NCBI GenBank assembly: GCA_965204375.1
Contig: OZ241986.1
Span: 5,696,001 to 5,760,000, forward strand
Direction of reading: 5' to 3'
DNA length: 64,000 bases
Source of the DNA: Candidatus Latescibacterota bacterium
Lineage (GTDB): Bacteria > Latescibacterota > UBA2968
The position numbers and the translations under genes are program-made. Under the pieces are notes generated by a model, which did not search any database, was not told the origin of the DNA, and was given only the letters and a program-made list of their open reading frames with translations. The number at the start of each line of letters is the position of its first letter. Position 1 is the first letter of the stretch. Below are positions 54,197 through 64,000 of this stretch, piece after piece.

Positions 54197-55780
54197 TTAA
54201 TGCTCAAGCATACTCGCCACTTCAAATGCTGCGATGTTGCGGTTCTCACGGCTAAATTCCACTGCGATCAGGTGGATCGGTTCGCCCCGGGCGCGGTATT
54301 TGTCGGCGTAACGTCGCGCCTTTAATTGCGCCATTGCAGCACCTTTGGGAGACATTTCTACCACTTTGAATTCGAACAGGTACACGTTGCCGTTGAATAA
54401 TACGGCCATGTCCAGACAGCCATGACTGCTGTTGTCTTCTACCGTGATATCAAGCCCCAGTGCCGCAAAATAGGAATAAAATACGCTCGCGTAGTAGCCC
54501 TCGTAGTTGGCGATGTCGTTGTTCGTGTACCACTCGTAGGGAATACTGGCGAAGAAGGCGTGGAACAGTGTCTTGAGTCCCTCAAAGTCATTCGCTTCCA
54601 GCAGGCGGTAGAGTTGGACGCTGTTCGCCATCTGGCGAGACGGGTCTTTTACCAGGTAGCGCAACAGACTGCGGTTGAGGCTCTGGCGCACCTCTCGGTT
54701 GGGATAACTTAGTCGGTAAAGGGGCTCGCCGCCCAAATTCTCTTCACTGATAATGGTTAGATAGCCGGTCTGAAACAACAGGGCCTCGGTCGCTATGTCA
54801 TCGACATCGAAGGTCGATAGCAAGTCGCTACTGCCCAACATCTCGTCAAGCGATAGGGAACTGATGCGGCGTTTGAACAGGGTTTCAATCAGGAATGTCG
54901 GCGTGCCAGTCTCAAACCAATAGGCTTCAAAGCTGCGTCTATGGAACAGTAGGAGGATGTCGAAAGGATTATAGACCTTCTCCTCGCCCCGCCAATTATA
55001 GCCGTTGTACCAGTCGCGGATTTGATCGCGGTCCAGACCTGGCAGTTCCGGTGCGAACACCACATCCAGATCCTCTTCAGTGTAGCCGCAGATGGCGGAA
55101 TAGCCTGGATCCATGGTAATGTCGGTCAGGTTGTTGAGGCCAGAGAACAGATGCACCTTGGAGAACTTACTGACGCCTGTGAGAAAGGTGAACTTGACGT
55201 GGGCGTCGTTGTCCTTGATGGTCGCGTACAAACCGCGCAAAAAGTCGCGATTGGCGCGTGCGATCTCTGGCACTTCGAGTGCGTCTAAAATCGGCTTGTC
55301 GTATTCATCTACCAGAACGGCTACAGGTTGTCCGGTAAGGTCGTGCAATGCCTCTATCAGATAGGCGAAACGACCCGGTACTGTCTCGGCCTCGATAACC
55401 ACCCCGGTTCGGCGTTCGATGGCGTTCAATTGATCCATGAGATTCTTTTGTAGATAGCCCGACTCTTTGAAGTTGCCACTGCCAAAGCTCAGACGCAGGA
55501 CAGGATAGCGAACTGACCAATCCCAGCGGTCGTGGATATAAAGTTTCTCGAACAACGGCTCGTTGCCTTCGAACAGTTCCTTCAATGTGTCGAGAAAGAG
55601 GCTCTTGCCAAAGCGGCGCGGGCGCGACAGAAAGTAGTGCTTGCCCTCGTCCATCAACCGCTGGATGTAGACGGTTTTGTCCACGTAATAGTAGCTCTGC
55701 TCGCGAATCTCGCGGAAGGTCTGAATACCGATGGGCAACTTGCGTTTATCTGTCGATAAGTTGGGACTCGGATTTTGCAT
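54197..55780 (-). CDS. AAA-ATPase-like domain plus PD-(D/E)XK nuclease (PDDEXK_9-type) protein
   Basis: 'KLPIGIQTF', 'YVDKT', 'LSRPRRFGKSL', 'VDEYDKP', 'YWFETGTP', C-terminal 'LD...EFK...Q...Y'. Confidence 0.93.
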   Translation of the reverse strand: MQNPSPNLSTDKRKLPIGIQTFREIREQSYYYVDKTVYIQRLMDEGKHYFLSRPRRFGKSLFLDTLKELFEGNEPLFEKLYIHDRWDWSVRYPVLRLSFGSGNFKESGYLQKNLMDQLNAIERRTGVVIEAETVPGRFAYLIEALHDLTGQPVAVLVDEYDKPILDALEVPEIARANRDFLRGLYATIKDNDAHVKFTFLTGVSKFSKVHLFSGLNNLTDITMDPGYSAICGYTEEDLDVVFAPELPGLDRDQIRDWYNGYNWRGEEKVYNPFDILLLFHRRSFEAYWFETGTPTFLIETLFKRRISSLSLDEMLGSSDLLSTFDVDDIATEALLFQTGYLTIISEENLGGEPLYRLSYPNREVRQSLNRSLLRYLVKDPSRQMANSVQLYRLLEANDFEGLKTLFHAFFASIPYEWYTNNDIANYEGYYASVFYSYFAALGLDITVEDNSSHGCLDMAVLFNGNVYLFEFKVVEMSPKGAAMAQLKARRYADKYRARGEPIHLIAVEFSRENRNIAAFEVASMLEH

Positions 55781-55833
55781 AATTTTATCCGGTCATTTCA
55801 TGTATCACTTAGATGGGCAGCGCGATACCTCTC

Positions 55834-56940
55834 TTACTGCGCCAGCCAGGCACTGAAGCGCTCGTTCATTTCGTCGATGTGATCGCTCCACCATTCCCAG
55901 GAGTTTCGCAGGGCGCGTTTAGAATTTTGCGGGCTGTTGGGCATGTGGGGGTTCATTTCCACACCCTTTTCGGCGTGTGTCGAGATCAGTGCCTCTGCGG
56001 AGATGCGCGTGGGACTGTAGGCGATGTAACGGCCGACGCCAGCTATGGCTTTCGCCGTTGCGGCGAAATGGAGAAATTTCTTTGCGGCTTCGAGGTTCCG
56101 TGTTCCCGCGACAATGACAAGCCCGCCTGTATCCAGTATTTGCCCGTCCCACACGATGACAAAGGGCTGGTCTTCCAATACCTGTGCATTGAAGATGCGC
56201 CCGTTGTAGGCTGTGCTCATTACTACCTCGCCATCGGCGAGCATTTGCGGTGGCTGTGCTCCAGCTTCCCACCATACGATGTGGTCTTTTATGGTGTCTA
56301 ACTTGCGGAAGGCGCGATCTACGCCTTCGGGCGTATTGAGCGTGGGATATACTTTGTTGAGCGGCACGCCGTCGGCGATTAGCGCGAATTCCAGATTCGC
56401 CAGGGGTGTGCGGCGCATGCCTCTGCGTCCGGGGAATTTTTCGAGGTCAAAGAAGTCAGCCATTGTGGTGGGTTTGTCGCCCTGGATATTCTCTTCGTTG
56501 TACGCATATACGGTGGAGTAAAATATCGTTGCCGGACCGCAATCCGTCATCGTGCCGAGCGGAAAATCCTGTGACGCAGGTGTTCCATCGGCTCCCGCTG
56601 GCAGCGAGTTTACCGGGATGGGTTCGAGCAGGCCCTCATCGCAGCCTCGTACCATGTCGGGAATTTCCATATCGACAATGTCCCAATGCACATTGCCCGA
56701 TTCGACCTGTGCGCGGATTTGTGCCAGCCCGCCGTTGTAGTCTTCGAGGTTGATTTTAATGCCTGTTTCAGCGGTGAACGCCTCGTGGTAGCCTTTGACG
56801 CATGCGCGTGCATAGGAACCACCCCAGGAGACCACGGTTAGCGGTTGATCGCTGGCAACCGCACGATCTGAGGTCAATATCGCCAGTGCGGTCAGTAATG
56901 TTAGATAAAATGCCGTTTTACACTTGTTTTTCCACTTCAA
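55834..56940 (-). CDS. ABC transporter solute-binding protein (PotD/PotF-like), SPI-type signal
   Basis: 'LTVVSWGGSY', 'WWEAGAQPPQ.LADGE', 'YNGR'. Confidence 0.92.
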   Translation of the reverse strand: MKWKNKCKTAFYLTLLTALAILTSDRAVASDQPLTVVSWGGSYARACVKGYHEAFTAETGIKINLEDYNGGLAQIRAQVESGNVHWDIVDMEIPDMVRGCDEGLLEPIPVNSLPAGADGTPASQDFPLGTMTDCGPATIFYSTVYAYNEENIQGDKPTTMADFFDLEKFPGRRGMRRTPLANLEFALIADGVPLNKVYPTLNTPEGVDRAFRKLDTIKDHIVWWEAGAQPPQMLADGEVVMSTAYNGRIFNAQVLEDQPFVIVWDGQILDTGGLVIVAGTRNLEAAKKFLHFAATAKAIAGVGRYIAYSPTRISAEALISTHAEKGVEMNPHMPNSPQNSKRALRNSWEWWSDHIDEMNERFSAWLAQ

Positions 56941-56977
56941 GTTATTTCCTCCTTGTATGGTATGAGTAGAATATCCC

Positions 56978-58078
56978 TTACTGCGCCAGCCAGGTGCTGA
57001 AGCGTTCGTTCATTTCGTCAATGTGAACGCTCCACCATTCCCAGGCATTTCGCAGGGCGCGCTTAGAATTTTGCGGGCTGTTGGGCATGTGGGGTTTCAT
57101 ATCAACATCCTTTTCGGCGTGTTTCGATATCAGTGCCTCCGCAGAGTGGCGCGTGGGGCTATAGGCGATGTAGCTACCGACACCGGCCATGGCTTTCGCT
57201 GTTGCGGCGAAATTGAGAAACTTCTTTGCGGCTTCGAGGTTCTGCGTTCCCGCGACAATGGCAAGCCCAGATAAATCCAATATTTGCCCGTCCCATACGA
57301 TGACAAAGGGTTGATCTTCCAGTACCTGTGCATTGAAGATGCGTCCGTTGTAGGCTGTGGTCATCACTACCTCGCCATCGGCGAGCATCTGCGGTGGCTG
57401 CGCCCCGGCTTCCCACCATACGATGTGGTCTTTTATGGTGTCCAGCTTGCGGAAGGCGCGATCTACGCCTTCGGGCGTATTGAGGGAGGCATATACCTTG
57501 TTGAGCGGTACGCCGTCGGCGATTAGTGCGAATTCCAGGTTCTCCTGGGGTGAACGGCGCATGCCTCTGCGTCCGGGAAATTTTTCAAGGTCAAAGAAGT
57601 CGGCCATTGTGGTGGGTTTTTCGCCCGGGATATTCTCCTCGTTGTACGCGTATATGGTGGAGTAAAACAGCGTTGCCACGCCACAGTCTGTCGATGTTCC
57701 GAACAGAAAATCCTCTTCCGCAGGCGTTCCATCTGCTCCCGGTGGCAACGAGTCGATCTCAACGCGTTCGAGCAGGCCCTCATCGCAGCCTTGCGCCCAT
57801 GTTGGAAATCTCAAATCGACGACATCCCAATGCACATTGCCCGCTTGAACCTGTGCGCGGATCTGTGCCAGCCCGCCGTTGTAGTCTTCGAGGTTGATTT
57901 TAATGCCTGTTTCAGCGGTGAATGCCTCGTGGTAGCCTTTGACGCAGGCGCGTGCATAAGATCCGCCCCAGGAAACTACGGTCAGGGGTCGATCTTCCAA
58001 AATATCACAGCCCAGAGTCAACATCGCCAGCGCGGTTATTATCGCGGTGCATAATGTTTTTCTCCATTTGGTCTTCAT
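56978..58078 (-). CDS. ABC transporter solute-binding protein paralog, lipoprotein signal
   Basis: Near-duplicate of 55834..56940; lipobox LTLGC. Confidence 0.92.
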   Translation of the reverse strand: MKTKWRKTLCTAIITALAMLTLGCDILEDRPLTVVSWGGSYARACVKGYHEAFTAETGIKINLEDYNGGLAQIRAQVQAGNVHWDVVDLRFPTWAQGCDEGLLERVEIDSLPPGADGTPAEEDFLFGTSTDCGVATLFYSTIYAYNEENIPGEKPTTMADFFDLEKFPGRRGMRRSPQENLEFALIADGVPLNKVYASLNTPEGVDRAFRKLDTIKDHIVWWEAGAQPPQMLADGEVVMTTAYNGRIFNAQVLEDQPFVIVWDGQILDLSGLAIVAGTQNLEAAKKFLNFAATAKAMAGVGSYIAYSPTRHSAEALISKHAEKDVDMKPHMPNSPQNSKRALRNAWEWWSVHIDEMNERFSTWLAQ

Positions 58079-59184
58079 GTCATATCCTCCTCGTCGTCCG
58101 GGTCGAGCACCCGGCAGTCTGTTGGTGTCCAGCCGATGCGAATTTTATCGCCTTTCAGCACGGCTCCGTGTCCCACGGTATTGGGTATTTTTGCGATGAA
58201 TTCCAAGGACTCGCACACGTTCAGGCGAAGGCGCAGATGGTCGCCTAAAAAGGTGATGTCCTCGACTTTTGCTTCGAGTTCATTGGTGTACAGGCCAGGC
58301 TCGGGTTCAATGGCGACGCGCTCTGGGCGAATCGACAGCGTGGTGGCGTCGCCGATCTGGCAAGGTATAATGCGCAACGCATGGATGATTTGGCCGCCGG
58401 TTTCCACTTCGCAGATGTCCCCATTTACTTTTGTTACGCGGCCGGGCAGGCGGTTATTTTCGCCGATGAAACGCGCTACAAATGAACGCTCTGGCTCTTC
58501 GTAGAGGGCCTCGGGTTCAGCAATTTGCTGGATGTCTCCTCCGCGCAGGACAGCGATGCGATTCGACATGACCATGGCTTCTTGCTGGTCGTGTGTGACG
58601 TAAACGATGGTTACGCCGAGGCTCTGATGGATACGGCGAATCTCGTATTGCATCTCTTCGCGCAAGCGCCGGTCAAGTGCGCCGAGGGGTTCGTCCATCA
58701 GCACCAGGTCGGGTTCAAATACCAGCGCACGGGCGATTGCCACGCGCTGCTGCTGACCGCCAGAGAGCTGGTTGGGGTGCCGGTCTTCCAGGCCGCTGAG
58801 GCGAACCAGGTCCAGGGCACGCGCCACGCGTTCGCGACACTGCTCGCGGTCAAATCCTCGTACTTCAAGGGGAAAGGCGAGGTTGCCACCCACCGTCATG
58901 TGTGGGAAGAGCGCGTAGTTCTGAAATACCATGCCAATGCCTCGCCTGCGCGGGGGCAGTGCGTGTACAGAACGCCCGTCAATGCGGATGTTGCCCGATG
59001 TGGGTGTCTCAAAGCCAGCGAGCATCATCAGGCAGGTGGTTTTCCCCGATCCGGATGGGCCGAGCAGGGTCAGAAATTCGCCCTTTCGGACGCTGAAATT
59101 GACGTTTTGGACAATTAGTGTGCGACCGTCGTAACTTTTGCAGACATTCTCAAATTCGACGTAGGCGTTATCGTTTGGGGGCAT
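58075..59184 (-). CDS. ABC transporter ATP-binding protein (PotA-like)
   Basis: GPSGSGKTT, LSGGQQQR, MDEPL, C-terminal TOBE region. Start set at MPPND after AAGGA. Confidence 0.95.
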   Translation of the reverse strand: MPPNDNAYVEFENVCKSYDGRTLIVQNVNFSVRKGEFLTLLGPSGSGKTTCLMMLAGFETPTSGNIRIDGRSVHALPPRRRGIGMVFQNYALFPHMTVGGNLAFPLEVRGFDREQCRERVARALDLVRLSGLEDRHPNQLSGGQQQRVAIARALVFEPDLVLMDEPLGALDRRLREEMQYEIRRIHQSLGVTIVYVTHDQQEAMVMSNRIAVLRGGDIQQIAEPEALYEEPERSFVARFIGENNRLPGRVTKVNGDICEVETGGQIIHALRIIPCQIGDATTLSIRPERVAIEPEPGLYTNELEAKVEDITFLGDHLRLRLNVCESLEFIAKIPNTVGHGAVLKGDKIRIGWTPTDCRVLDPDDEEDMT

Positions 59185-59363
59185 TCGCGTGTCCTTATCC
59201 GAGGTCCAGAAAACACAGATCGGCAAGCTGGCGGATCAGAGTTTGAAGTAAATTCAAAATTACTCAAATGTCAACGTCTTTCCTCTTTCGCCATATCTCG
59301 CTTCGCTATATATTTTAGAAGTTATCATCAACATTTATTATCTTTACAGAGGAGCCAGATTGT

Positions 59364-60128
59364 ATGCGGTACAGACGCGTTGTTCTCAAACTCAGTGGTG
59401 GTGCTGTTTCAGGTGCTTTGGAATCGGGATTTGACCCGGAGGCCCTCGAACATATTGCCGACGAAATTCTCGATATTCACAGCCGGGGTATTGAAATCGG
59501 TATTGTTATTGGCGGGGGCAATATTTTTCGGGGCGAACAGAGTGTGCGGTGGGGTATTGAACGCTCCGAAGCCGATAATATCGGCATGCTCGGCACCATT
59601 ATCAACAGCCTGATGCTGCGCGGTGTGCTCAATGCCAAAAGCGATGCCGAGGTGCGCGTGATGACCGCGATTCCTATTAACGCAGTCGCAGAACCCTTTA
59701 TTCGCCTGGTTGCTGCTCGGCATCTCGATAAGGGGTATATTGTCATTTTTGCCGGTGGTATTGGCAATCCCTTTCTCACCACTGATTATCCCGGGGTACA
59801 GCGTGCCCTCGAGGTTCGCGCAGAAGCCATTTTGTTTGCCAAGCACAAAGCCAATGGCATTTATACTGACGATCCGAACAAAAATCCCGATGCAAAACTC
59901 TATCGTTGCATCAGTCACGATACAATTATTCAAAAGAATCTGGGTGCTCTGGATCAGTCCGCAGTGATTCTCGCACGAGACCATCATTTGCCGATTCACG
60001 TTTTCGACTTTGAACAAAAAGGCATGATGCGCCGCATTGTGGAGGGTGAGGATGTCGGCACACTGATTACCCAAACACCAGAAGATGTGCTCGAAGAAGA
60101 AACAGTCGTTCAGGGGGACCCCACATGA
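59364..60128 (+). CDS. pyrH: UMP kinase
   Basis: 'RVVLKLSG', 'GGGNIFRG', 'ADNIGML', 'GNPFLTTD'. Confidence 0.85.
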   Translation: MRYRRVVLKLSGGAVSGALESGFDPEALEHIADEILDIHSRGIEIGIVIGGGNIFRGEQSVRWGIERSEADNIGMLGTIINSLMLRGVLNAKSDAEVRVMTAIPINAVAEPFIRLVAARHLDKGYIVIFAGGIGNPFLTTDYPGVQRALEVRAEAILFAKHKANGIYTDDPNKNPDAKLYRCISHDTIIQKNLGALDQSAVILARDHHLPIHVFDFEQKGMMRRIVEGEDVGTLITQTPEDVLEEETVVQGDPT

Positions 60129-61399
60129 AACTCCTCGTTGTTGGTAGAGGCGGGCGCGAACACGCCTTTGTCTGGAAGCTCGCTCAGAGCAACAAGATTA
60201 CCAGGTTATACGCAGCGCCCGGAAGCCCGGGTATGGCACAGTACGCCGAATGTGTTGATATTTCGGATAGCGATCTCAATGGTCTGGCGGATTTTGCACA
60301 ACGAGAGGGTATTGATATTTCGGTCATTGGTCCTGAAGCCCCTCTTGCAGATGGTATTGTCGATATTTTTACAGAGCGAGGTCTCGTGGTTTGTGGTCCT
60401 ACACAGGCAGCGGCGCAAATCGAAGCGGATAAAGATTTCGCGCTTGAACTCATGCACAAATACGATATTCCAACCGGTGCTTATGAAACTTTTGTGGATG
60501 CGGAAACTGCCAGGGAACGGCTCCGGGAATGGCAACACCCGCTCTATCTCAAAGTGAGTGGTCTGGCTGCGGGTAAGGGAGCGATCTATTGTGAGACTTT
60601 GCGAGATTCGTATAAAACGGTGGATGAAGTGATGGTGCAACGCGCCTTCGGCGCATCGGGTGACAAGCTGGTTGCGATGGAGTTGCTCGAAGGGGAAGAA
60701 GCGTCGATATTTGGATTTTCAGATGGGAAAGATATTGTTTGTGTTGTGCCTTCGCAGGACCACAAGACGATTGGTGAAGGCGATGTGGGTCTCAATACGG
60801 GTGGTATGGGCGCGTATGCACCTGCCCCGGTTATTACGCCGGAACTCTTCGACGATGTTGTTCAGCGCATTATGAAACGCACAGTACACGCTCTGGCACG
60901 GGAAGGCTGTCCGTTCAAAGGCATTCTCTACGGCGGTATTATTGTTACGGCTGATGGTCCCAAAGTGATCGAATTTAACTGCCGCATGGGCGATCCGGAA
61001 ACGCAGGTGGTTCTCCCGTTGATCAAAACCGATTTCGTGGATATAATTGAGGCGGTGTGCAATGGCTCGGTGGCAGATCTCGATATTGAACTGGATAATC
61101 GCGCGGCGACCTGCGTGGTTATGGCTTCGGGAGGGTATCCCGAAGCGTACGATACTGGTTTTCCCATTTCCGGGATTGATCGCGCCGAGGCACCGGGCGA
61201 TGTGATCGTTTTTCACGCCGGTACGGGACGCAATGACGGGCAACTCGTCACCAATGGGGGGCGCGTTATTGGCGTTACTGCAATTGGCGATACGATCAAA
61301 TCTTCTATTGATTGCGTTTACGAGGCCGTGGGCAAAATTGATTTTGACAAGGCCTATTTCCGGCGGGATATCGGGCATCGCGTTTTGACAAATGCGTGA
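60125..61399 (+). CDS. purD: Phosphoribosylamine--glycine ligase
   Basis: 'GRGGREHA', 'GLAAGKG', 'QDHK', 'NTGGMGAY', 'EFNCRMGDPETQ'. Confidence 0.98.
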   Translation: MKLLVVGRGGREHAFVWKLAQSNKITRLYAAPGSPGMAQYAECVDISDSDLNGLADFAQREGIDISVIGPEAPLADGIVDIFTERGLVVCGPTQAAAQIEADKDFALELMHKYDIPTGAYETFVDAETARERLREWQHPLYLKVSGLAAGKGAIYCETLRDSYKTVDEVMVQRAFGASGDKLVAMELLEGEEASIFGFSDGKDIVCVVPSQDHKTIGEGDVGLNTGGMGAYAPAPVITPELFDDVVQRIMKRTVHALAREGCPFKGILYGGIIVTADGPKVIEFNCRMGDPETQVVLPLIKTDFVDIIEAVCNGSVADLDIELDNRAATCVVMASGGYPEAYDTGFPISGIDRAEAPGDVIVFHAGTGRNDGQLVTNGGRVIGVTAIGDTIKSSIDCVYEAVGKIDFDKAYFRRDIGHRVLTNA

Positions 61400-61505
61400 G
61401 CTACCGCTCTTGCGATGGGATTTTTTTGATCTTTGCCAACCAATTTGGCAACTAAGCGTTATAATGTGTATCTTTTTTGAATACCAGACATTTTGGAGGC
61501 ATACG

Positions 61506-62603
61506 ATGTCCTACAAAGCTGCGGTTATTGGCCTGGGGCGTATGGGCAGTACATTTGACGATGAAATCACGCAGGGCGGGTCTATTTTCTTGCCTTATTG
61601 TCATGGTCCCACCTATTGCGCGCATCCGCAAACCGATCTCATTGCGGGGGCAGATCCCCACGATGAACAGCGCGCTCTGTTCGGCGAGCGGTGGGGTATT
61701 GATAGCGACCAGTTGTATGCCAATCATCGCGATTTGCTCGAAGATGCTAAACCCGATATTGTCAGTGTGACTACTACAGCGCGTTATCGTCCGCAAATTG
61801 TGCTGGACGCTGTTGAAGCCGGTGTGAAAGCCTTATGGGTTGAAAAACCCATTGCCTTTAGTCTTGAAGAAGCCGATGCTATGGTCAATGCTTGCCGGGA
61901 AAATGGCGTTCCCATCGCCGTGTATTGCTCGCGGCGTTACAATCCCTATTTCAGCGAAGCTCGCCGCATGATCAAAGCTGGAGATCTCGGCGACATTCTC
62001 CAGATTACGGCTTATGCCCAGTGTGGCTTGTCGCACAATGGCAGTCACGCGATTGATACGATTCGTTATCTCGCTGGTGGCGATGTTTCATGGGTTTTTG
62101 GAGATATGGCGTCGGATGAAGAAGCCGCATCTGATGACGATCTGATGGGCAATGGGTATCTCGCTTTTGACAATGGCGTTCGGGCGTATCTTCGCGGGAC
62201 ATCGACGGGTGTTGCTTCGTGGGAATTTGATATTATTGGGACACAGGGCAGGGTACGCACGTTATCGGACGCGCTTGAGTTTGAGTTTTTCCAGAGGGTT
62301 TCGGGCGGCTTGGGGAACCGGGGTATTCCCGCCAGATCTCCTTTTCCGCAGCCAGCGCGTCCCGTAGGCCAGGGTATTACCACTGTTGATGATTTGATTG
62401 ATGCTATGGAGAACAACCGACCGCCGCGTTGCTCTGGAGCCGATGGTCGCGCTGCTCTCGAGGTTGCTATTGCACTTCGGGAATCCCATCGCCGTGGCGG
62501 TGCCCGTATTGACCTGCCTGTTGAAGACAGGTCGCTCAAGATTTTTTCCAGCGAGACTCAGGCTGACCACACGCCTGCGCGAGTGCGCCGGTTGAATCAG
62601 TGA
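61506..62603 (+). CDS. Gfo/Idh/MocA oxidoreductase
   Basis: Start MSYKAAVIGLG follows GGAGG; 'EKPIA', 'HNGSHAID'. Confidence 0.9.
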   Translation: MSYKAAVIGLGRMGSTFDDEITQGGSIFLPYCHGPTYCAHPQTDLIAGADPHDEQRALFGERWGIDSDQLYANHRDLLEDAKPDIVSVTTTARYRPQIVLDAVEAGVKALWVEKPIAFSLEEADAMVNACRENGVPIAVYCSRRYNPYFSEARRMIKAGDLGDILQITAYAQCGLSHNGSHAIDTIRYLAGGDVSWVFGDMASDEEAASDDDLMGNGYLAFDNGVRAYLRGTSTGVASWEFDIIGTQGRVRTLSDALEFEFFQRVSGGLGNRGIPARSPFPQPARPVGQGITTVDDLIDAMENNRPPRCSGADGRAALEVAIALRESHRRGGARIDLPVEDRSLKIFSSETQADHTPARVRRLNQ

Positions 62604-62631
62604 AGAAAGCTAAATACCAAAGGAGATTTTT

Positions 62632-63087
62632 ATGGCAGATCCAGTTGTTGGCATTATTATGGGCAGTTCATCGGATGAACCTACGATGCAAAAAGGCTGC
62701 GCCATTCTCGACGAACTCCAGATTCCCTACGATATGATTGTATGTTCCGCCCATCGCAATCCCGAGCGTACCGCTGAATACGCCAGTACGGCAAAAGCGC
62801 GAGGTCTCAAGGTGATTATTGCGGGTGCTGGTTTGGCCGCAGCGCTGCCCGGTGTGATTGCCGCGCATACGACTTTGCCAGTTGTTGGCGTTCCATGCGC
62901 TTCGGGTGCGCTCAACGGCGTTGATGCGTTATACGCTATTGTTCAGATGCCACCGGGAGTTCCCGTTGCGACTGTGGGTATTGACAATGCACGCAATGCC
63001 GCTGTGCTGGCAGCGCAAATTCTCGCGCTTTCCGACGAGGGCATACAAGAGCGCCTGCAAGCGTATAAAGATGCCCTGGGTGGATAA
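62632..63087 (+). CDS. purE: N5-carboxyaminoimidazole ribonucleotide mutase
   Basis: 'IIMGS.SD', 'SAHR.P', 'IAGAG.AAALPG', 'VQMPPGVPVATV'. Confidence 0.97.
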   Translation: MADPVVGIIMGSSSDEPTMQKGCAILDELQIPYDMIVCSAHRNPERTAEYASTAKARGLKVIIAGAGLAAALPGVIAAHTTLPVVGVPCASGALNGVDALYAIVQMPPGVPVATVGIDNARNAAVLAAQILALSDEGIQERLQAYKDALGG

Positions 63088-63115
63088 TACTATTGCGATT
63101 TAACGGAGGTCTTTT

Positions 63116-63640
63116 TTGCAACGTCATATATTTGTTTTTGTTGTTCTTCTTTTTGTAAGTTGCAACGCACCCAAAACAGATCGCGCATCGAGTACTGACC
63201 AGTATCTCATTCCCGCTACGGCAGAGGAGATTCTCAAGCATGTCAAAGATGCCGATGCCAGGGTCGTTCTCGTCAATGTCTGGGCAACGTGGTGTCCACC
63301 ATGTGTTGAAGAGTTTCCCGATTTGATGGCCGTTTATAATCAGTACAAAGACCAGGGCTTAAAGATTGTCTTTATTTCTGCTGATTCTGAAGGCCAGGCC
63401 GATGGCGCAATTGCCTTTCTCAAAGCGCATGGTGTTGACTTTCCAAGCTATATCAAATTGAAGAGCGATGGGGCGTTTATCAATACATTAGACCCCGACT
63501 GGTGGGGCGCAATACCCGCTACCTGGCTATACGATAGCGAGGGCAATAAACGCCATTTTTGGCTCGGGAAGACCTCGCGCGAACAATTTGAAAAGAAAAT
63601 ACGCGATGTATTGATGGGGGGCGATCAAGGGGTACTTTAG
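63116..63640 (+). CDS. TlpA-family disulfide reductase lipoprotein
   Basis: Lipobox FVSC; 'NVWATWCPPC'; RBS GGAGG. Confidence 0.9.
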   Translation: MQRHIFVFVVLLFVSCNAPKTDRASSTDQYLIPATAEEILKHVKDADARVVLVNVWATWCPPCVEEFPDLMAVYNQYKDQGLKIVFISADSEGQADGAIAFLKAHGVDFPSYIKLKSDGAFINTLDPDWWGAIPATWLYDSEGNKRHFWLGKTSREQFEKKIRDVLMGGDQGVL

Positions 63641-63704
63641 GGCGCGTCTATTCGAGAATCCAGACTATAGATACTCTCACATCAACAAATATCAGGAGGA
63701 TTCT

Positions 63705-64000
63705 ATGCGTAAATTATTAGTCATTGCACTTGTCGCTGCGATGGGTTTCAATGCCGAAGCGGCCAAGAGCGAAACCCTCGCATTGGGCGCAGAAGCACCG
63801 GCAACTGACCTGGAGATGAAAGGTACTGATGGTAAGATGTACACTCTGGATAGTGTGCTGGGCGAGAAGGGCACTCTGGTGATTTTTTCGTGCAATTCCT
63901 GTCCGTGGGCTGTCAAATGGGAAAGCCGTGTAGCCAGTATTGGCAATGCGTATCGCGGCAAGGGTTTTGGTGTGATTGTGATTAATCCCAATGATCCCGA
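63705..64000 (+). CDS. Secreted thioredoxin/redoxin-family protein (3' end outside window)
   Basis: ATG after AGGAGG; reads MRKLLVIALVAAMG...VIFSCNSCPW...INPNDP and is open to the window end. Confidence 0.85.
   Translation, partial: MRKLLVIALVAAMGFNAEAAKSETLALGAEAPATDLEMKGTDGKMYTLDSVLGEKGTLVIFSCNSCPWAVKWESRVASIGNAYRGKGFGVIVINPNDP

Overview
Gene-dense bacterial chromosomal window. The gene content (TonB receptor/CTD-cargo/PorV cassette, DUF6785-like transporter, sulfatase, many Gfo/Idh/MocA genes, AAA-PD-(D/E)XK) suggests an FCB-group, Latescibacterota/Gemmatimonadota-like organism, possibly host-associated; this is inference. Housekeeping genes are ileS (type 2), argG, argH, a TruC-like synthase, an FKBP, a PotABCD-type ABC transporter, a UMP kinase, purD and purE. 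Most notable observations: (1) a sigma54/enhancer-binding-protein-linked membrane locus (6260-16789) with a CmpX-like TM protein, two MscS channels, a CASTOR/POLLUX-like channel and a pore-less S1-S4 voltage-sensor domain fused to a P-loop ATPase; (2) an apparent ribosome-mediated attenuator with clustered Ile codons upstream of ileS; (3) a MoxR ATPase / GXGXG beta-helix / degenerate-zincin-VWA triad; (4) repeated deletion of toxin genes from toxin-antitoxin loci, leaving antitoxins plus short scars; (5) tandem solute-binding paralogs, one with a compensated double frameshift. No rRNA, tRNA, CRISPR array or transposase was recognised. Family calls come from motif recognition by eye, not from database searches.
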